Shown here: positions 1 to 10,825 of the stretch, in pieces | How the letters are laid out: each line of letters opens with the position of its first letter | Position numbering within the stretch: position 1 is the stretch's first letter | Assembly: GCF_006345805.1 (NCBI RefSeq) | Contig: NW_021829671.1 | Location: forward strand, 1 to 31,702 | Direction: 5' to 3' | From: Octopus sinensis | Lineage: Eukaryota | Length of the DNA stretch: 31,702 nt | Program-made: the position numbers and the translations under genes | Notes under the pieces: generated by a model | Databases searched by the model: none | Told to the model about the DNA's origin: nothing | Seen by the model: the letters and a program-made list of their open reading frames with translations, nothing else

Positions 1-190
1 ATAATTAAATAAGGGTAGAAATTGATATTAATCAATTAGAACCAGTGGCCTAGCATATTTAAAAAATCCGAAGACTAAAAATTTTTTTCACACACAAAAT
101 TTTTTGTTGAGAACACATTCTCCGTGGAAAATGGCGATTTTGACGTCTATATCCAGCATACAGCTGTCCACTTTTAGTGGTCAATCCACT
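1..190 (+). mobile_element. Penelope-type terminal fragment (family X) ending at a (TA)n tract
   Basis: 125-185 is the reverse complement of 29580-29640 (motif GGCGATTTTGACGTCTATATC). Both copies abut (TA)n. The Penelope assignment is inferred from context. Confidence 0.5.
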
Positions 191-204
191 ATATATATAT
201 ATAT

Positions 205-340
205 AGTGTACAATTAAACACATAAGAGGCATCCGTCATAGAACTCTGGGATGCTAGAGAGAACAGTTAAATTCCAAACCGCTATTAGGGGTAAAATTTC
301 GAAAGGAATGAAAAATAAAAACATTTACCATCTAAGTCCT
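205..340 (-). mobile_element. Penelope-type terminal fragment (family Y) abutting (TA)n
   Basis: Homologous to both arms of the 25912-26212 foldback (GTGTACA..AACACAT..GCTAGA.AGAACAGTTAAA..AAAAACATTTACCATCTA) and more weakly to 29700-29760. Confidence 0.55.
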
Positions 341-384
341 GGGCCAATTAATATTATTAATGATATATATATATATAAATACAC

Positions 385-389
<5 letters not shown>

Positions 390-438
<49 letters not shown>
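390..438. repeat. (GA)n microsatellite
   Basis: Direct reading; source of the poly-RE/SL ORFs. Confidence 0.98.
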
Positions 439-441
<3 letters not shown>

Positions 442-459
442 AAAGTGTACGTACGCCGC

Positions 460-491
<32 letters not shown>

Positions 492-492
<1 letters not shown>

Positions 493-845
493 CATACAAA
501 ATGGGACAAGAACGCAAAACATCCGGACAACTAGATGATACAAAGAGGGGACAACAAAACATCCAGAAAGACGATACAGAAAAACAAGGACGGGTCATTC
601 GAAGTTTTCTATCTTCAGTCAAGAACCAGATTATCCTCGCAATGTCGGCTGATTATTCTTGAGATTGCTCCAATCTGGCCAGCCCCAAGGAAAAACTAAG
701 CCAAGAGCATTAGATTCCTTGGAAGAAAGCAGCGAATGTATACAAAAACAAGGACGGAAAAAAACGGACAGTGTTACACAATAAAAATAATAACGGGAAT
801 AACAACAGGTGTCGAAAGACAGCTTTGGTTGTTCTGAGGCTATAG
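492..845 (-). mobile_element. (TA)n-abutting dispersed repeat, probable Penelope pLTR fragment (family A/B copy 1)
   Basis: Reverse complement matches 20652-20845 (GCTTAGTTTTTCCTTGGGGCTGGCC...GGTTCTTGACTGAAGA...GTTCTTGTCCCATTTTGTA). Both copies end at (TA)n. Confidence 0.6.
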
Positions 846-930
846 TAGAAGACACCTGCCGAAGGTGCCATTCAGTGGGACTGAACCCGAAACCATGTAG
901 TTAGGAACGAAGTTTCTTACCACACAGCCA
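846..930 (-). mobile_element. tRNA-head CORE-type SINE fragment
   Basis: Minus strand reads GGCTGTGTGGTAAGAA...GGTTTCGGGTTCAGTCCCACTGAATGGCACCTTCGGCAGGTGTCTTCTACTATAGCC (A/B boxes plus CORE-like block). Same family as 12983-13072. Confidence 0.7.
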
Positions 931-978
931 GTACAGTACAGTACAGTACAGTACAGTACAATACAATACAATACAATA
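931..978. repeat. (CAGTA)n/(CAATA)n microsatellite
   Basis: Direct reading. Confidence 0.9.
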
Positions 979-1018
979 TAATATAATAAAATTATATAAT
1001 ATATAAATATAGTATATA

Positions 1019-1305
1019 TAAAAATTAGAAAAAAACACTTTTTATAAATTCAAAATGAACAATTAAATTACACCATCTAGAAAATTACATATAATAGAAA
1101 AATAAATATTAAAATGACAATAATATACCGATGATTAAGTAAATTGCAAAATAACCAAATATATACGTTTTTATTATTATTTTGCATTTTACTTAATCAT
1201 TTTAATTATTTTAATTTTAATATTTCTATTACATGTAATTTTCTAGATGGTGTGATTTAATTGTTCATTTTGAATTGATAAAAGGTGGTTCTTTTTCTAA
1301 TTTTT
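1019..1305. repeat. imperfect foldback, ~135-bp arms, flanked by TA-rich DNA
   Basis: 1019-1157 is approximately the reverse complement of 1176-1305 (e.g. TTCAAAATGAACAATTAAAT..CACCATCTAGAAAATTACAT and its mirror). Confidence 0.85.
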
Positions 1306-1709
1306 AATAATATATATTATATTTTGTGAAATTTGATTTAGCATTTCTAAATTAAATTTTTCCCCGTAAGTTAGGAATAATATTCCCTCAAATAATTATA
1401 AATATAATATATATGCATATGTATTTATCTATATATACTCATACTTATCTTATCCTCGTTATTTTATTTTATCAGGATTTCCTGTGGAAGCATCGACTTC
1501 TGATACGAGAAGAGGTGATACTAATCTGAAAGTATCTGGTGAATATTGCAATCATTTGGAGATTATACTGAAGAATGCCCTGCAATCTTTGCTCCGATCC
1601 ATCGTAAATGCTAACGGAATGTGTGAAAATAACTGCCTTCAACCAAACCTAACACTGACTTGTTTTTAAAGGTCATTTTTCCACTATTAAATATTTCTGT
1701 TTAACACGT

Positions 1710-2087
1710 TGTTGCTGTTGCTGTTTGTTCGTTTGTTTGTTGAGCGAAGCGGTCTTCGTCCTTAGTGAGAGAAGTCCGAAACGCGGTCCTTTGCTATTCG
1801 TAAGACCCGCAGAAGAGAAAGCAGGTCAACCCCCAACACTGAGAGCATCGACGGATGGATGAGTGCGCATCCAGGCTCAGCGGTTGCGTAGGAAGTCGGG
1901 GACAAGAAACAGGAAGAAGGAGTGAGAGAAAGTTGGAGCGAAAGAGTACAACAGGGGTCGCCACCACCCCCTGCCGGAGCCTCGTGAAGCTTTAGGTGTT
2001 TTCGCTCAATAAACACAAATAACGCCCAGTCTGGGAATCGAAACCGCGAGTTCGCTGCCCTAACCATTGGGCCATTGCACCTCCACT
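1710..2087 (-). mobile_element. tRNA-derived SINE with (AACA)n tail, copy 1
   Basis: Minus-strand head AGTGGAGGTGCAATGGCCCAATGGTTAGGGCAGCG...GGTTTCGATTCCCAGAC (A/B boxes). Near-identical copy at 5753-6132. Confidence 0.85.
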
Positions 2088-2162
2088 GCTGTTGATGTTG
2101 TTGTTTATTCCAAAGTCACACCTGATCTAGCAAACCTGATTCAAGAAACCTATGATTTGAAG

Positions 2163-2165
<3 letters not shown>

Positions 2166-2225
<60 letters not shown>

Positions 2226-2228
2226 TGA
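2166..2228. repeat. (GT)n microsatellite
   Basis: Direct reading. Confidence 0.98.
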
Positions 2229-2389
2229 GTGTGCGGGAGGCAATTCTGGACTTCTTTGAACATCAGAAAAAAATGTCAGTCTACAGAAAGACAGCACTCA
2301 TGCACTGGAGACACGAAAACGAGATCCAAAGAACGCACAAAAAGACTGGTAAATTACTGGCTGGTTAGAAGAGTTGTCGTTTATATTTC

Positions 2390-2570
2390 ACTTGTTTCAG
2401 TCATTCGACTACGGCCATGCTGGGGTTCCCCTTCAAGAAATCGAGTCGAAAGAATCGACCCTAGTACTTATTTTTTAAAGCCTGGTACTTATTCTATCGG
2501 TCTCTTTTGTTACGGGGACATAAACGCAGAAGCACCGGTTGTCAGGCGGTGCTGGAGGACAAATACACAC
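2390..2570 (-). mobile_element. 3' part of CORE-type SINE
   Basis: Shares TTGTTTCAGTCATT.GACT.CGGCCATG with 3903-4115 and 31648-31702. Confidence 0.65.
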
Positions 2571-2896
2571 TCACACGCACGCACGCGCACAAACTGAAGA
2601 ATAAGGACGTACATCAGGAGAATGACGCACCGAATGCTGAAAGAAGGAACTTTTGGTCAGATATTTGTTGCAAAGAAGTTCGTCATAATATGGAAACGAA
2701 CTGGTTAAGGAAATTTAAAAGTGAAATGAAAAACAGATTGAGATAAGAGAATATATATTTTTCGGAAGAGAAAGTGGAAAAAAATACTTAAAAGGTATCC
2801 AACCGGATCGGATGTTCTGTCTTATAAACCTCATCAGCATGCACGGGTATATACAACCGTTTCTTACTGATTGTATTTAAAATCAACATAAGGCGT

Positions 2897-3130
2897 AAGG
2901 CAGCGAGCTGGCAGAAACGTTAGCACGCCGGGCTTAATGCTTAGCCGTATTTCGTCTGCAACTACGTTCTGAGTTGAAATTCTGTCGAGGTCGACTTTGC
3001 CTTTCATCCTTTCGGGGTCGATTAAATAAGTACCAGTTACGCCCTGGGGTCGATATAATCGACTTAATCCGTTTGTCTGTCCTTGTTTGTCCTCTCTATG
3101 TTTAGCCCCTTGTGTGTAGTAAAGAAATAG
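2897..3130 (+). mobile_element. major tRNA-derived SINE (GGCRGCGAGCTGGCAGAA...TTTAGCCCCTTGTGGGTAGTAAAGAAATAG), monomer
   Basis: A box TGGCAGAAACGTTAG and B-box-like GTTGAAATTC. 17-bp TSD GTATTTAAAATCAACAT at 2873-2889 and 3131-3147. Confidence 0.92.
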
Positions 3131-3179
3131 GTATTTAAAATCAACATGGTTGACAAAAAAGAAATACAATACTTATACA

Positions 3180-3474
3180 AAATCAGAAAACTTCACTGAA
3201 AATATGTATATATATATTTACGAAGTCTAGATAAATATCTTCAGCTAGCAGGCCTCTGCTACTCTAGACTTATGATGGGCAAGACCCAGAAACATGCATG
3301 TCTCTAGATGCAGGCCTAGATGTTGGGGGTGTTTGTCTCCCCTTCGTAAATATATAAGGGCACAGGAAATGTGTCAAGGCCGACAGGAAGCGTCGATGCT
3401 TCCTAGGGCTAAACAGCGGTGGTGTAATTTCCTTACAGGACTGTCACGTTAAGTTGACAGTATACAACCACTCT
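3180..3474 (+). mobile_element. retroposed structured repeat (family 1), copy 1
   Basis: 12-bp TSD AATACTTATACA (3168-3179 / 3475-3486). The 3' 165 bp is repeated at 11516-11680. Contains several hairpins. Confidence 0.8.
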
Positions 3475-3902
3475 AATACTTATACAGAAGACAAAAAAAA
3501 AAGATAAGGGGAATTTAGTAGTTATGGACCTATTACATACTTACCATTATTCTGAAAGTTATTTAGAGGGCCTCATAGGAAATGTAATGTATAGCTTCTG
3601 GAGAAGGAGAAATTATTAGCAGAGGAGTAAAAGTTATGCAGGAGTAAAACAGGGAGAAATGCTGATATGCCGTATATTTTGAGTCTGATACGAAGTGAGG
3701 TACGAATAAGAATGAATTTAGCTGTTTGTTGGATACACTACAGTAAGGATATGATAATTTTCCGCATTATTGATTCTTGGAGTACCTGAGGACTTTGAAA
3801 GTCAATGAGAAAAAGTTTTTGAGAAAGAGCCACGAGATCGAGGGAAGTAGAATTAAAACACGGAAGCAAAATCCTATGAACAGGAAGTGTGAAAATATCT
3901 TT

Positions 3903-4115
3903 TACTTGTTTCAGTCGTAAGAATGCGGCCATGTTGGGGTCCGGCCTTGAAGAATGAATCGACCTCAGTAGTAATTTTTTTTAAAGCATGGTAATTATTG
4001 TGTCGAATTCTTTTGCCGAACTGGTTGTCAAGGGGTGGTGACACACACGTACACGACGGGCTACTTTCATTTTCCGTCTATCAAATCCACTCAAAAGGCT
4101 TTGGTCGGCCCAAGG
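3903..4115 (-). mobile_element. decayed CORE-type SINE inserted in the R4/Dong fossil
   Basis: Shares blocks with 2390-2570 and contains AAATCCACTCAAAAGGCTTTGGTCGGCCC. Confidence 0.65.
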
Positions 4116-4740
4116 TTGTGGAAAAAAAACACTTGCCAATATTTCAGGGTGACTCGTTTATGCTCCATTTCTTTGCATTGTTTCCTTTGGCAAGTATACC
4201 GAGAACATTCAGGCATGTCTATGAACTTGTTAAAAACTAGAGTGAAATTCTATACATGAAGAACCTCAAATTTTATACTGGAATCATGAAGAATAGTTAG
4301 CAAGGATATTGGTATGTAATTTGAAAAACCAGGGGGCAGTTTTAATTATGAATAACAGCTGAAACATTAAACTTGCTGACATAACGATAGCACAAGATAT
4401 CATTAGATCACTATGGAATGAAGAGGGAGAAGGTCTCCAAAGATTACATGAGAAGGAATTAGGAAGATACTCGAAATAAAACTAAATGGAAGGAATGTTA
4501 TCAAACGATAAATATCTGCCCTGTCGTTCTTGCTTCTGTTCTTGAATTCAATAAGACTGTTTCAGTGTCTTTTTGGATATTTCTAGCCGCTAATAGTATT
4601 CATTGCTCACAGCTTACATGCATGGTTTTTTTTTTTTCCAAACCCGATATCGGAGTTTTAATGGTGTCCCCTGTGTTTAACAAGAATTTACATCCCTTAT
4701 ATCTTTCTTGGTAAATAGAGCCTGACGATATTACTTTGCC

Positions 4741-4972
4741 GGCGGCGAGTTGGCAGAAACGTTAGCACGCCGGGCGAAATGCGTAGCCGTATTTCGTCTG
4801 CCGTTACGTTCTGAGTTCAAGTTCTGCCGAGGTCGACTTTGCCTTTCATTCTTTCGGGGTCGATAAATTAAGTACCAGTTACGCACTGGGGTCGATGTAA
4901 TCGACTTAATCCGTTTGTCTGTCCTTGTTTGTCCCCTCTGTGTTTAGCCCCTTGTGGGTAGTAAAGAAATAG
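4741..4972 (+). mobile_element. major SINE monomer
   Basis: Full-length match to 2897-3130. 13-bp TSD ATATTACTTTGCC (4728-4740 / 4973-4985). Confidence 0.93.
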
Positions 4973-5224
4973 ATATTACTTTGCCGGTGGTACGCTGCAT
5001 TGTGCGTCATGAATATTTTACCAGTTGTAATTCCTGTAACTCAGTGTTTGTCCACATTAGGGCAAATACCTAGAGATTGGCATGGCCCATGTATTCATGC
5101 ATATGAGGAAACATGTCGTTATTAAGCATCAGGATAACATCTTTGCTAATCAAATTTTGGTGCAAAGCCAGCAATTTTGGTTGGAGGGAAATATCGATTT
5201 ATTCGGTCTCAGTGCTTCGGTGGT

Positions 5225-5695
5225 ACTTTATTTTATCGACTCTCAAAGGGATGAAAGGCAAAAGGACGTAAAGAACAAGAAGAAATGCTCCAGCATGGCC
5301 AGTCAAATGACTGAAACAAGTAAAAGAGTAAGCAGCGAACTGGAAGAATCGTTAGGTCATCGGACAAAATGCTTGGTGGCACTACTTCCATCACTTTACG
5401 TTCTGTGTTCAAATCAAAGCGTGGTCATCCTTTTGAAATTGATAAAATAACTCACCACTATCTAAAAGAATTAAAGGTGTAACGTGCTGGTAGAATCGTT
5501 AGCACGTCGGACAAAATGCTTACCAGCATTTCCTCCTTATCTAAGTTCAAATCCCACCTTGGTCAACTTTCACTTTCTTTTTTTAGCTTCGGTTACATAA
5601 TGCATCTGTCAAGAGCTAGGGTTGGTGTATCGATTTACCCCTCCACTCAAGATTGCTGGCTTTGTGCCAAAATTTGAAAGAATGATTTTATTTAT
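5225..5695 (+). mobile_element. cluster of old, decayed SINE pieces
   Basis: Degenerate heads (GCTGGTAGAATCGTTAGCAC..GGACAAAATGCTTA; GTTCAAATC) and tails (GTCAAATGACTGAAACAAG; CTTTGTGCCAAAATTTGAAA). Confidence 0.5.
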
Positions 5696-5752
5696 AGTAA
5701 GTATTTTCAATCTTTCTCAAAATCGTTCAATAGGAATTTGCAGTAGTTGCTT

Positions 5753-6132
5753 TGTTTGTTTGTTGAGCGAAGCGGTCTTCGTCCCAGAGCTCGCAAGATC
5801 GCGCCTCTGTAGAGGGAGAAGTTCGAAACGTGTTCCTTTGCTATTCGTAAGACCCGCAGAAGAGAAAGCAGGTCAACCCCCGACGGATGGATGAATGCGC
5901 ATCAAGGCTCAGCGGTTGCGAAGGAAGTCGGGGACAAGAAACAGGAAGAAAGAGTGAGAGGAAGTTGGAGCAAAAGAGTACAACAGTGGTCGCCACTACC
6001 CCCTGCCGGAGCCTCATGAAGCTTTAGGTGTTTTCGCTCAATAAACAAACACAACGCCCGGTCTGGGAATCGAAACCGCGATCCTCCGACCGCGAGTCCG
6101 CTGCCCTACCATTGGGCCATTGCACCTCCACT
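5753..6132 (-). mobile_element. tRNA-derived SINE with (AACA)n tail, copy 2
   Basis: Homologous to 1710-2087. 13-bp TSD GCAGTAGTTGCTT (5740-5752 / 6133-6145). Confidence 0.9.
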
Positions 6133-6350
6133 GCAGTAGTTGCTTATGAGAGAGGAAAAATATTGTAAACAACATTAAACATGGCGAAATCGCTGGCGAT
6201 GACTTATTTTGTCTAATATTTCAGTGAGTGTAGTTAAGTTTACAATTTTCAAGCTTAAGATAACGTTTACAAATAGTCTTTAATAACTCAGCTGAATTAG
6301 AAGTTTGTAGGTCGTTATTTATAAAGTGGGTACGGTACTTCTGCTAATTT

Positions 6351-6758
6351 AAGGCAGCGAGCTGGCAGAAACGTTAGCACGCCGGGTGAAATGCGTAGCC
6401 GTATTTCGTCTGCCGCTACGTTCTGAGTTCAAATTCCGCCGAGGTCGACTTTGCCTTTCATCATTTTGGGGTCGATTAAATAAGTACCAGTTACGCACTG
6501 GGGTCAATGTAATCGACTTAATCAGTTTGTCTGTCCTCTCTGTGTTTAGCCCCTTGTGGGTAGTAAAGAAATAGGTATTTCGTCTGCCGCTACGTTCTGA
6601 GTTCAAATTCCGCCGAGGTCGACTTTGCCTTTCATCCTTTCGGGGTCGATAAATAAAGTACCAGTTACGCATTGGGGTTGATGTAATCGACTTAAGCCGT
6701 TTGTCTGTCCTTGTTTGTCCCCTCTGTGTTTAGCCCCTTGTGGGTAGTAAAGAAATAG
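6351..6758 (+). mobile_element. major SINE dimer (full monomer plus headless second unit)
   Basis: First unit 6351-6574. The second unit starts at GTATTTCGTCTGCC (6575) directly after the AAGAAATAG tail. Confidence 0.9.
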
Positions 6759-7279
6759 GTATTTCTAATTTGTGATTAGTTGCAAAATTTAGGCTTTGTA
6801 TTGTTTATTATTGTTTGTTTAGTTAACGTTTATTTATTTATTTGTAGGTGCCATGATGTGAACGTTCTTTTTTCTTTGCCTCTCTCACACACATTATATG
6901 AAAGAGAGATGGAGATGAGAGATTTTTCAGTATGTGACTTCTTCGACTTCAAAGTTTGGAACTGAGATCGTTGGGAGGCGAAACAAATACAATAAATGGT
7001 TGTTTGATATTCTATCGACTAATGATTTATCATTCTTGCGTATCAGTGAATTGGATTGAGGAAAATACGAGCATGATGCTTGTGATTTGTCCCGTTTATT
7101 CCTTGCTGTTTTGTTTTTATCCCTCCGAACGGTTAGTGGTGAAATAATAATTGTTTTTATCCCTCAGCAAGGTTGATGGAAAAGAGAGAAGAATTTATCT
7201 TCAATGCAGAAACATGACCCAAATATTGGCAACAAACTGGGTTTCATGAACGACAGCCAAGAAACCAGGTGTTCAACCG

Positions 7280-7395
7280 GCTGACAGATTCAGTCTACTA
7301 CCCAGTTAGGCAACGGCAAGATTTGAACTCAGAACGCAGCCGTAAGGAATATCCAACATTCTGTCCGATGCTCAACCATTTCGGTCGACTCGTAC
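7280..7395 (-). mobile_element. decayed SINE head
   Basis: Minus strand contains GTTCTGAGTTCAAATCTTGCC, like the major SINE B-box region. Confidence 0.45.
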
Positions 7396-8619
7396 TTAAT
7401 TTATTACCTATTGAAAGATGTAAAGTTGATTTCGGTGGGACTTAAAAGTGTTCATATTTACCTAAATCACATCCACACTGGCACAAAAATAGAGGGAATC
7501 CTTTTCCTTCGATACTACGCTGTATCAAGCGAACTAAAACCTTCAGTTTTACGTGATGAGCTTCCCTCCGTCAGAACTGATATTAAAAACTTAAGCAGGC
7601 AACCTATTTCCAAATGTACGTTTTTAATCTTTAACATCACTCAATGAGTAGCACGTTAATGAACCATTGATGGGCCTTGGTACGTTTTAAAGGATGTCCT
7701 GCACCTACAGACAGTTTCAACACGAGATCCAAGGGGAGAGAGTACAATAAATACTGTTGTAACATTACCCAACGTAGGAAAAAAAAAATTCTGATGTGTT
7801 TTTAGGAAACAAACGACTACCCTTGGTTACTGACATTTCTGATCATTGTGTTATTCAAGCTTTCTTGCATCTCAAAAAACCAGCAACAAGCCAAACTGTA
7901 CGGTTAAGCGCATTGTAACAACAGGCTTCCAGGTTAGATTACATACCCCTCAATTCTTTTCTTTTACTGCTTAGTCAGGGCGAAAAAGGCAACACAAAAA
8001 TCCTTTGCATGTAGTGGGCGTCTGTCAAGGAGGAACTTCTAACAAAATTGGAGACTTTATCTAAATGTTTTTAGCAGAGCCCCACTAAAGATCATTAAAG
8101 ACCTAGTAGTGGGGGTGCTAATACGGACAACAGATCGTTCTCGACACAAACAGCTGGACTAAATAGTTCAAATCGACTTCGACTTGTTCGCCAATCTTCC
8201 GTTCTGGACAAGGATTTTATTTCATCGACCTCGAACCGGATGAAAGTGACTGTTAATCTGGACGAGATTTGAATTCGAAAAAGGCAGAAAAACAAATAGA
8301 ACAGGGTATTTTGTTCTGCACTCAATCTACTCCGTCAATTCCTGCTTGAGAGACATGTGTGTGTATATTTGTGCAAAAAGAAAAGAGAAAAGGCCAGTTT
8401 CATGTTAAAAATTGAAAGCTATAGGTATTCCTTTAGTTGCTAAACTTCATGCTGGTTCAGCATGCTCAGTCTCACTTTCATATTCGAGACGACGTCGTTC
8501 CATCAGCACGAGATCCTGATTAGAAAATTTCTCGACATGGAATTCAAATAAACGCCGCTACACGTTCGTCATTTACTTCATTTTATCCAATTTAATGTAC
8601 CCCGACTAACAATTCCACC

Positions 8620-9320
8620 ATTTTGCATTGGCGCCCCCAAACTCAGAAAATATGCAAACCTAGATAGATTTCACTCCAAACAAAATTCATTAACGGCTAT
8701 TTTTTTTTTACTTCCTGCCTCTATCAAATTATGTAAACTTTGAATATAGCAACAACCTCGCCGGGTCTGTAGGTTGAAGCAAGCCGATTGTATTTGGAGG
8801 CAAAAAAAAAAAAGCTACATTATTTGTCAGTTTATCCAGATTTGATGGGTGACCTGAAGCATTTTATAAAAAGGCGTTATTTTCAAGATTCTAAGCTGAC
8901 ACTTTTTTGGAAGTTAGGCAGAAAGATGAAGCAAACCAAACTTTGATTAGTAGTCTAGTGACATCCAGATTTTTATTTAATTACTATAAAACAATTATAA
9001 ACAGCTAATGCTTTCATCTTTAGATCTTTTAAGGCATTTTCACCAAGTAGGAGATCCTACAATCTTTGGCAGCCTTGAATCCTGGTACAGTTTGTTTTAA
9101 CCTTTTTTAGAAATCCAAGTTCGTTTTGACATTTGTTTCCAAAACAGACCCGTCTGATTCACTTAAAATTTGCTGCGGTGCGTTCTCTTCACCAATAATG
9201 TCTTCCAGTAATACTGGAAAAGAAACTATCAGCTTTGCTGGTACTATCAAATACACTTGTTAACTGCAAGTAATGAAATTTGGAGACGATCAGGCCAAAC
9301 AAAATTGTTATGAAGCTTTC
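8620..9320 (-). pseudogene. Tigger/pogo-family DDE transposase fossil
   Basis: Manual minus-strand translation across frameshifts gives VNQTGLFWKQMSKRTWIS, GFKAAKD, LLLGENA, NASGHPSNL, FLPPNTIGLLQPTD. These match the (N)DETGLFWK / GFKAAKDR / DNAxGHP / FLPPNTTSLxQPMDQG motifs of CENP-B/Tigger DDE_1 transposases. Confidence 0.75.
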
Positions 9321-10414
9321 AATAAGCATAAGTTTATTTAATCTATTGTAATAAAGTGTTCATTTGTAAGGTAGAAACAAATACGACCTCAACTCATATT
9401 TCAAAGTATTTATTATATTGATTATATCATATTTGTATTTTGGAGCAATTAAGCATAATGTAACGCATTCGGCTTTCGAGTGTCAGTATATAAATTCATG
9501 TTTTTCGATTTAGATTATGAAATGGAAAATCTTCTGCAACAAACTTTTTTTTTTTTTTTGAATTTTTGACATTAATTTCGTTATAATTCAAATTAATGTT
9601 TAACAGCTTGATTAGTGTCTGAATAGGTATAAATTCATTAACCTATGCAGATGATTTACAAACATACGAGCTGCCGTATACATAGATTTATATTCAGTTA
9701 AGTTTTCATATATCAGGGGCCTATAAATGCAAATAAGGGTGCAATTCGTTAAAATTACACGTGAACGAATGAAAATATGCGAGCATAGGTGCATATACTC
9801 TGGTTGGTACACATCCATACCTGCGATTACTCGCTTATATACGCGCATATATACGAGCGTGCGTGTAACCATTTTAGAAGTACGTTTCAAACGACGTCTG
9901 ATTTCGACGCTTATTCTCATGTCGCTCGATATAAAGTCGAATGTTATCGCAATCTTTAATTTTCCTGATACTTTTTGACCACACAACAAGGTTTTTTTCC
10001 TGTCGTGCATGACCAAACGCATGTTTGAATCAAATAGATATATTTGTCAAATACGTGTAACTTTTAATTCCAAACTAAATTTCTCGTGAGGCGTTTCAGC
10101 TGTACCTTCTATGATGCAGATGTTTCGATCCTCCTGAAAAAGACACAAATTTATCTTACAACATATAAAAGTGAGCGAACCAAAATGTTAACTAATCGGA
10201 CAAAGCATTTCGAAATAGAAAAACAGCCGTGTCGCTTGTGTTGCTGATGTCAATATCAAGATAAAAGTGACAATCGTACCAAATTGGCAATCTTCATGGT
10301 CGCTCAACTTGCTCGAAATAAATATCCTAAAAGGACACCCAAAAGTCCTGTAAAGGAAAGGACACATTGTATAGTTTGAATGTAAAAGAAATCGGACTGA
10401 TCACAGCTGGAATG

Positions 10415-10825
10415 GGATCTTTTCGGTTTGACCGGCAGTTTTTAACAATAATTTCCACGTAACTAAACACTTAAACTTCGTATACTGGTAGAATGTGTTT
10501 ATAAAACATCTTTTTCTCTTGTCTTTATTGAGAAAATTCTATAGTTTGTAAGATATTTGTTGTTTTTTTCTTCAATTTCTGTAATTTCAACCAATCAATG
10601 ACATCTCTTGAGGTGAAAACATTCTGTGCCGTATGAATATGTCCCTCGTTTAAGAAACAGATTGGGTATATTTACATTTCTGAAGAAAAAAAAGATACCC
10701 TTCCTCCTACCCATAACTAACCCTAAAACAGATTGAAATGCAATAGATCGATAGTAGGGTCATAATTATGGGTGACAATTTCATGACACCGCTAGAAAAA
10801 ACTGCCGTTCAAACTGAAAAGATCC
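10415..10825. mobile_element. MITE, ~30-bp TIRs beginning GG, 8-bp TSD (Merlin-like by inference), copy 1
   Basis: TIR GGATCTTTTCGGTTTGACCGGCAGTTTTTT / AAAAAACTGCCGTTCAAACTGAAAAGATCC. TSD CTGGAATG (10407-10414 / 10826-10833). Confidence 0.88.

Larger units (their letters stand above)
2596..4530 (+). pseudogene. fragmented R4/Dong-like non-LTR retrotransposon reverse transcriptase fossil
   Basis: Manual translation across frameshifts gives PNAERRNFWSDI..HNMETNWL (2630-2705), TILIQK (3165), YGPITYLPL*KL..NLAVCWIHYSK (3520-3750), IFQGDS..ALFPL..ILYMKNLKFY..SKDIGM*F (4139-4325) and KVSKDYMRR.IRKILEIKLNGRNV (4430-4505). These recall the YRPITCLP / WIDYKKAYD / GIFQGDSLSP / LFMDDLKLY motifs of R4-clade RTs. 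The fossil is split by three younger insertions. Confidence 0.75.

Noticed and set aside
60-125. CCGAAGA followed by an A/U hairpin and GAGAACACAUUC
   Set aside because: No stem I pairing and no GAAA adjacent to stem II.
595-625. CUGAAGA..CUUCGAAU in family A/B (also 20760-20785) and at 3215-3245 minus
   Set aside because: No stem II independent of the core, GAAU instead of GAAA, and stems not conserved between copies.
251-662. ORFs with poly-RE/SL/IY runs (also 2171, 19714-20236, 21528-22324, 23020-23813, 24823, 26453-26746, 29970)
   Set aside because: They are translations of (GA)n, (GT)n, (TA)n and (TGTA)n microsatellites.
1476-1669. Good-looking splice acceptor plus 61-aa ORF
   Set aside because: No recognisable homology or partner exons; cannot be supported.
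2795-2845. Minus-strand CUGAUGAGGUUUAUAAGACAGAAC
   Set aside because: Possible very old hammerhead, but stem I is absent and the core is broken at several positions.
6349-6672. Recurring ORFs 'MRNWY..RKDERQSRPRR' (also 2864, 12731, 19068)
   Set aside because: Antisense read-through of the major SINE; not a gene family.
8099-8270. Short open frame (..RLRLVRQSSVLDKDF..) that looks protein-like
   Set aside because: About 55 codons bounded by stops, no start or clear splice sites, no recognised family.
9612-10022. 136-aa minus-strand ORF
   Set aside because: No recognisable motif; length compatible with chance.
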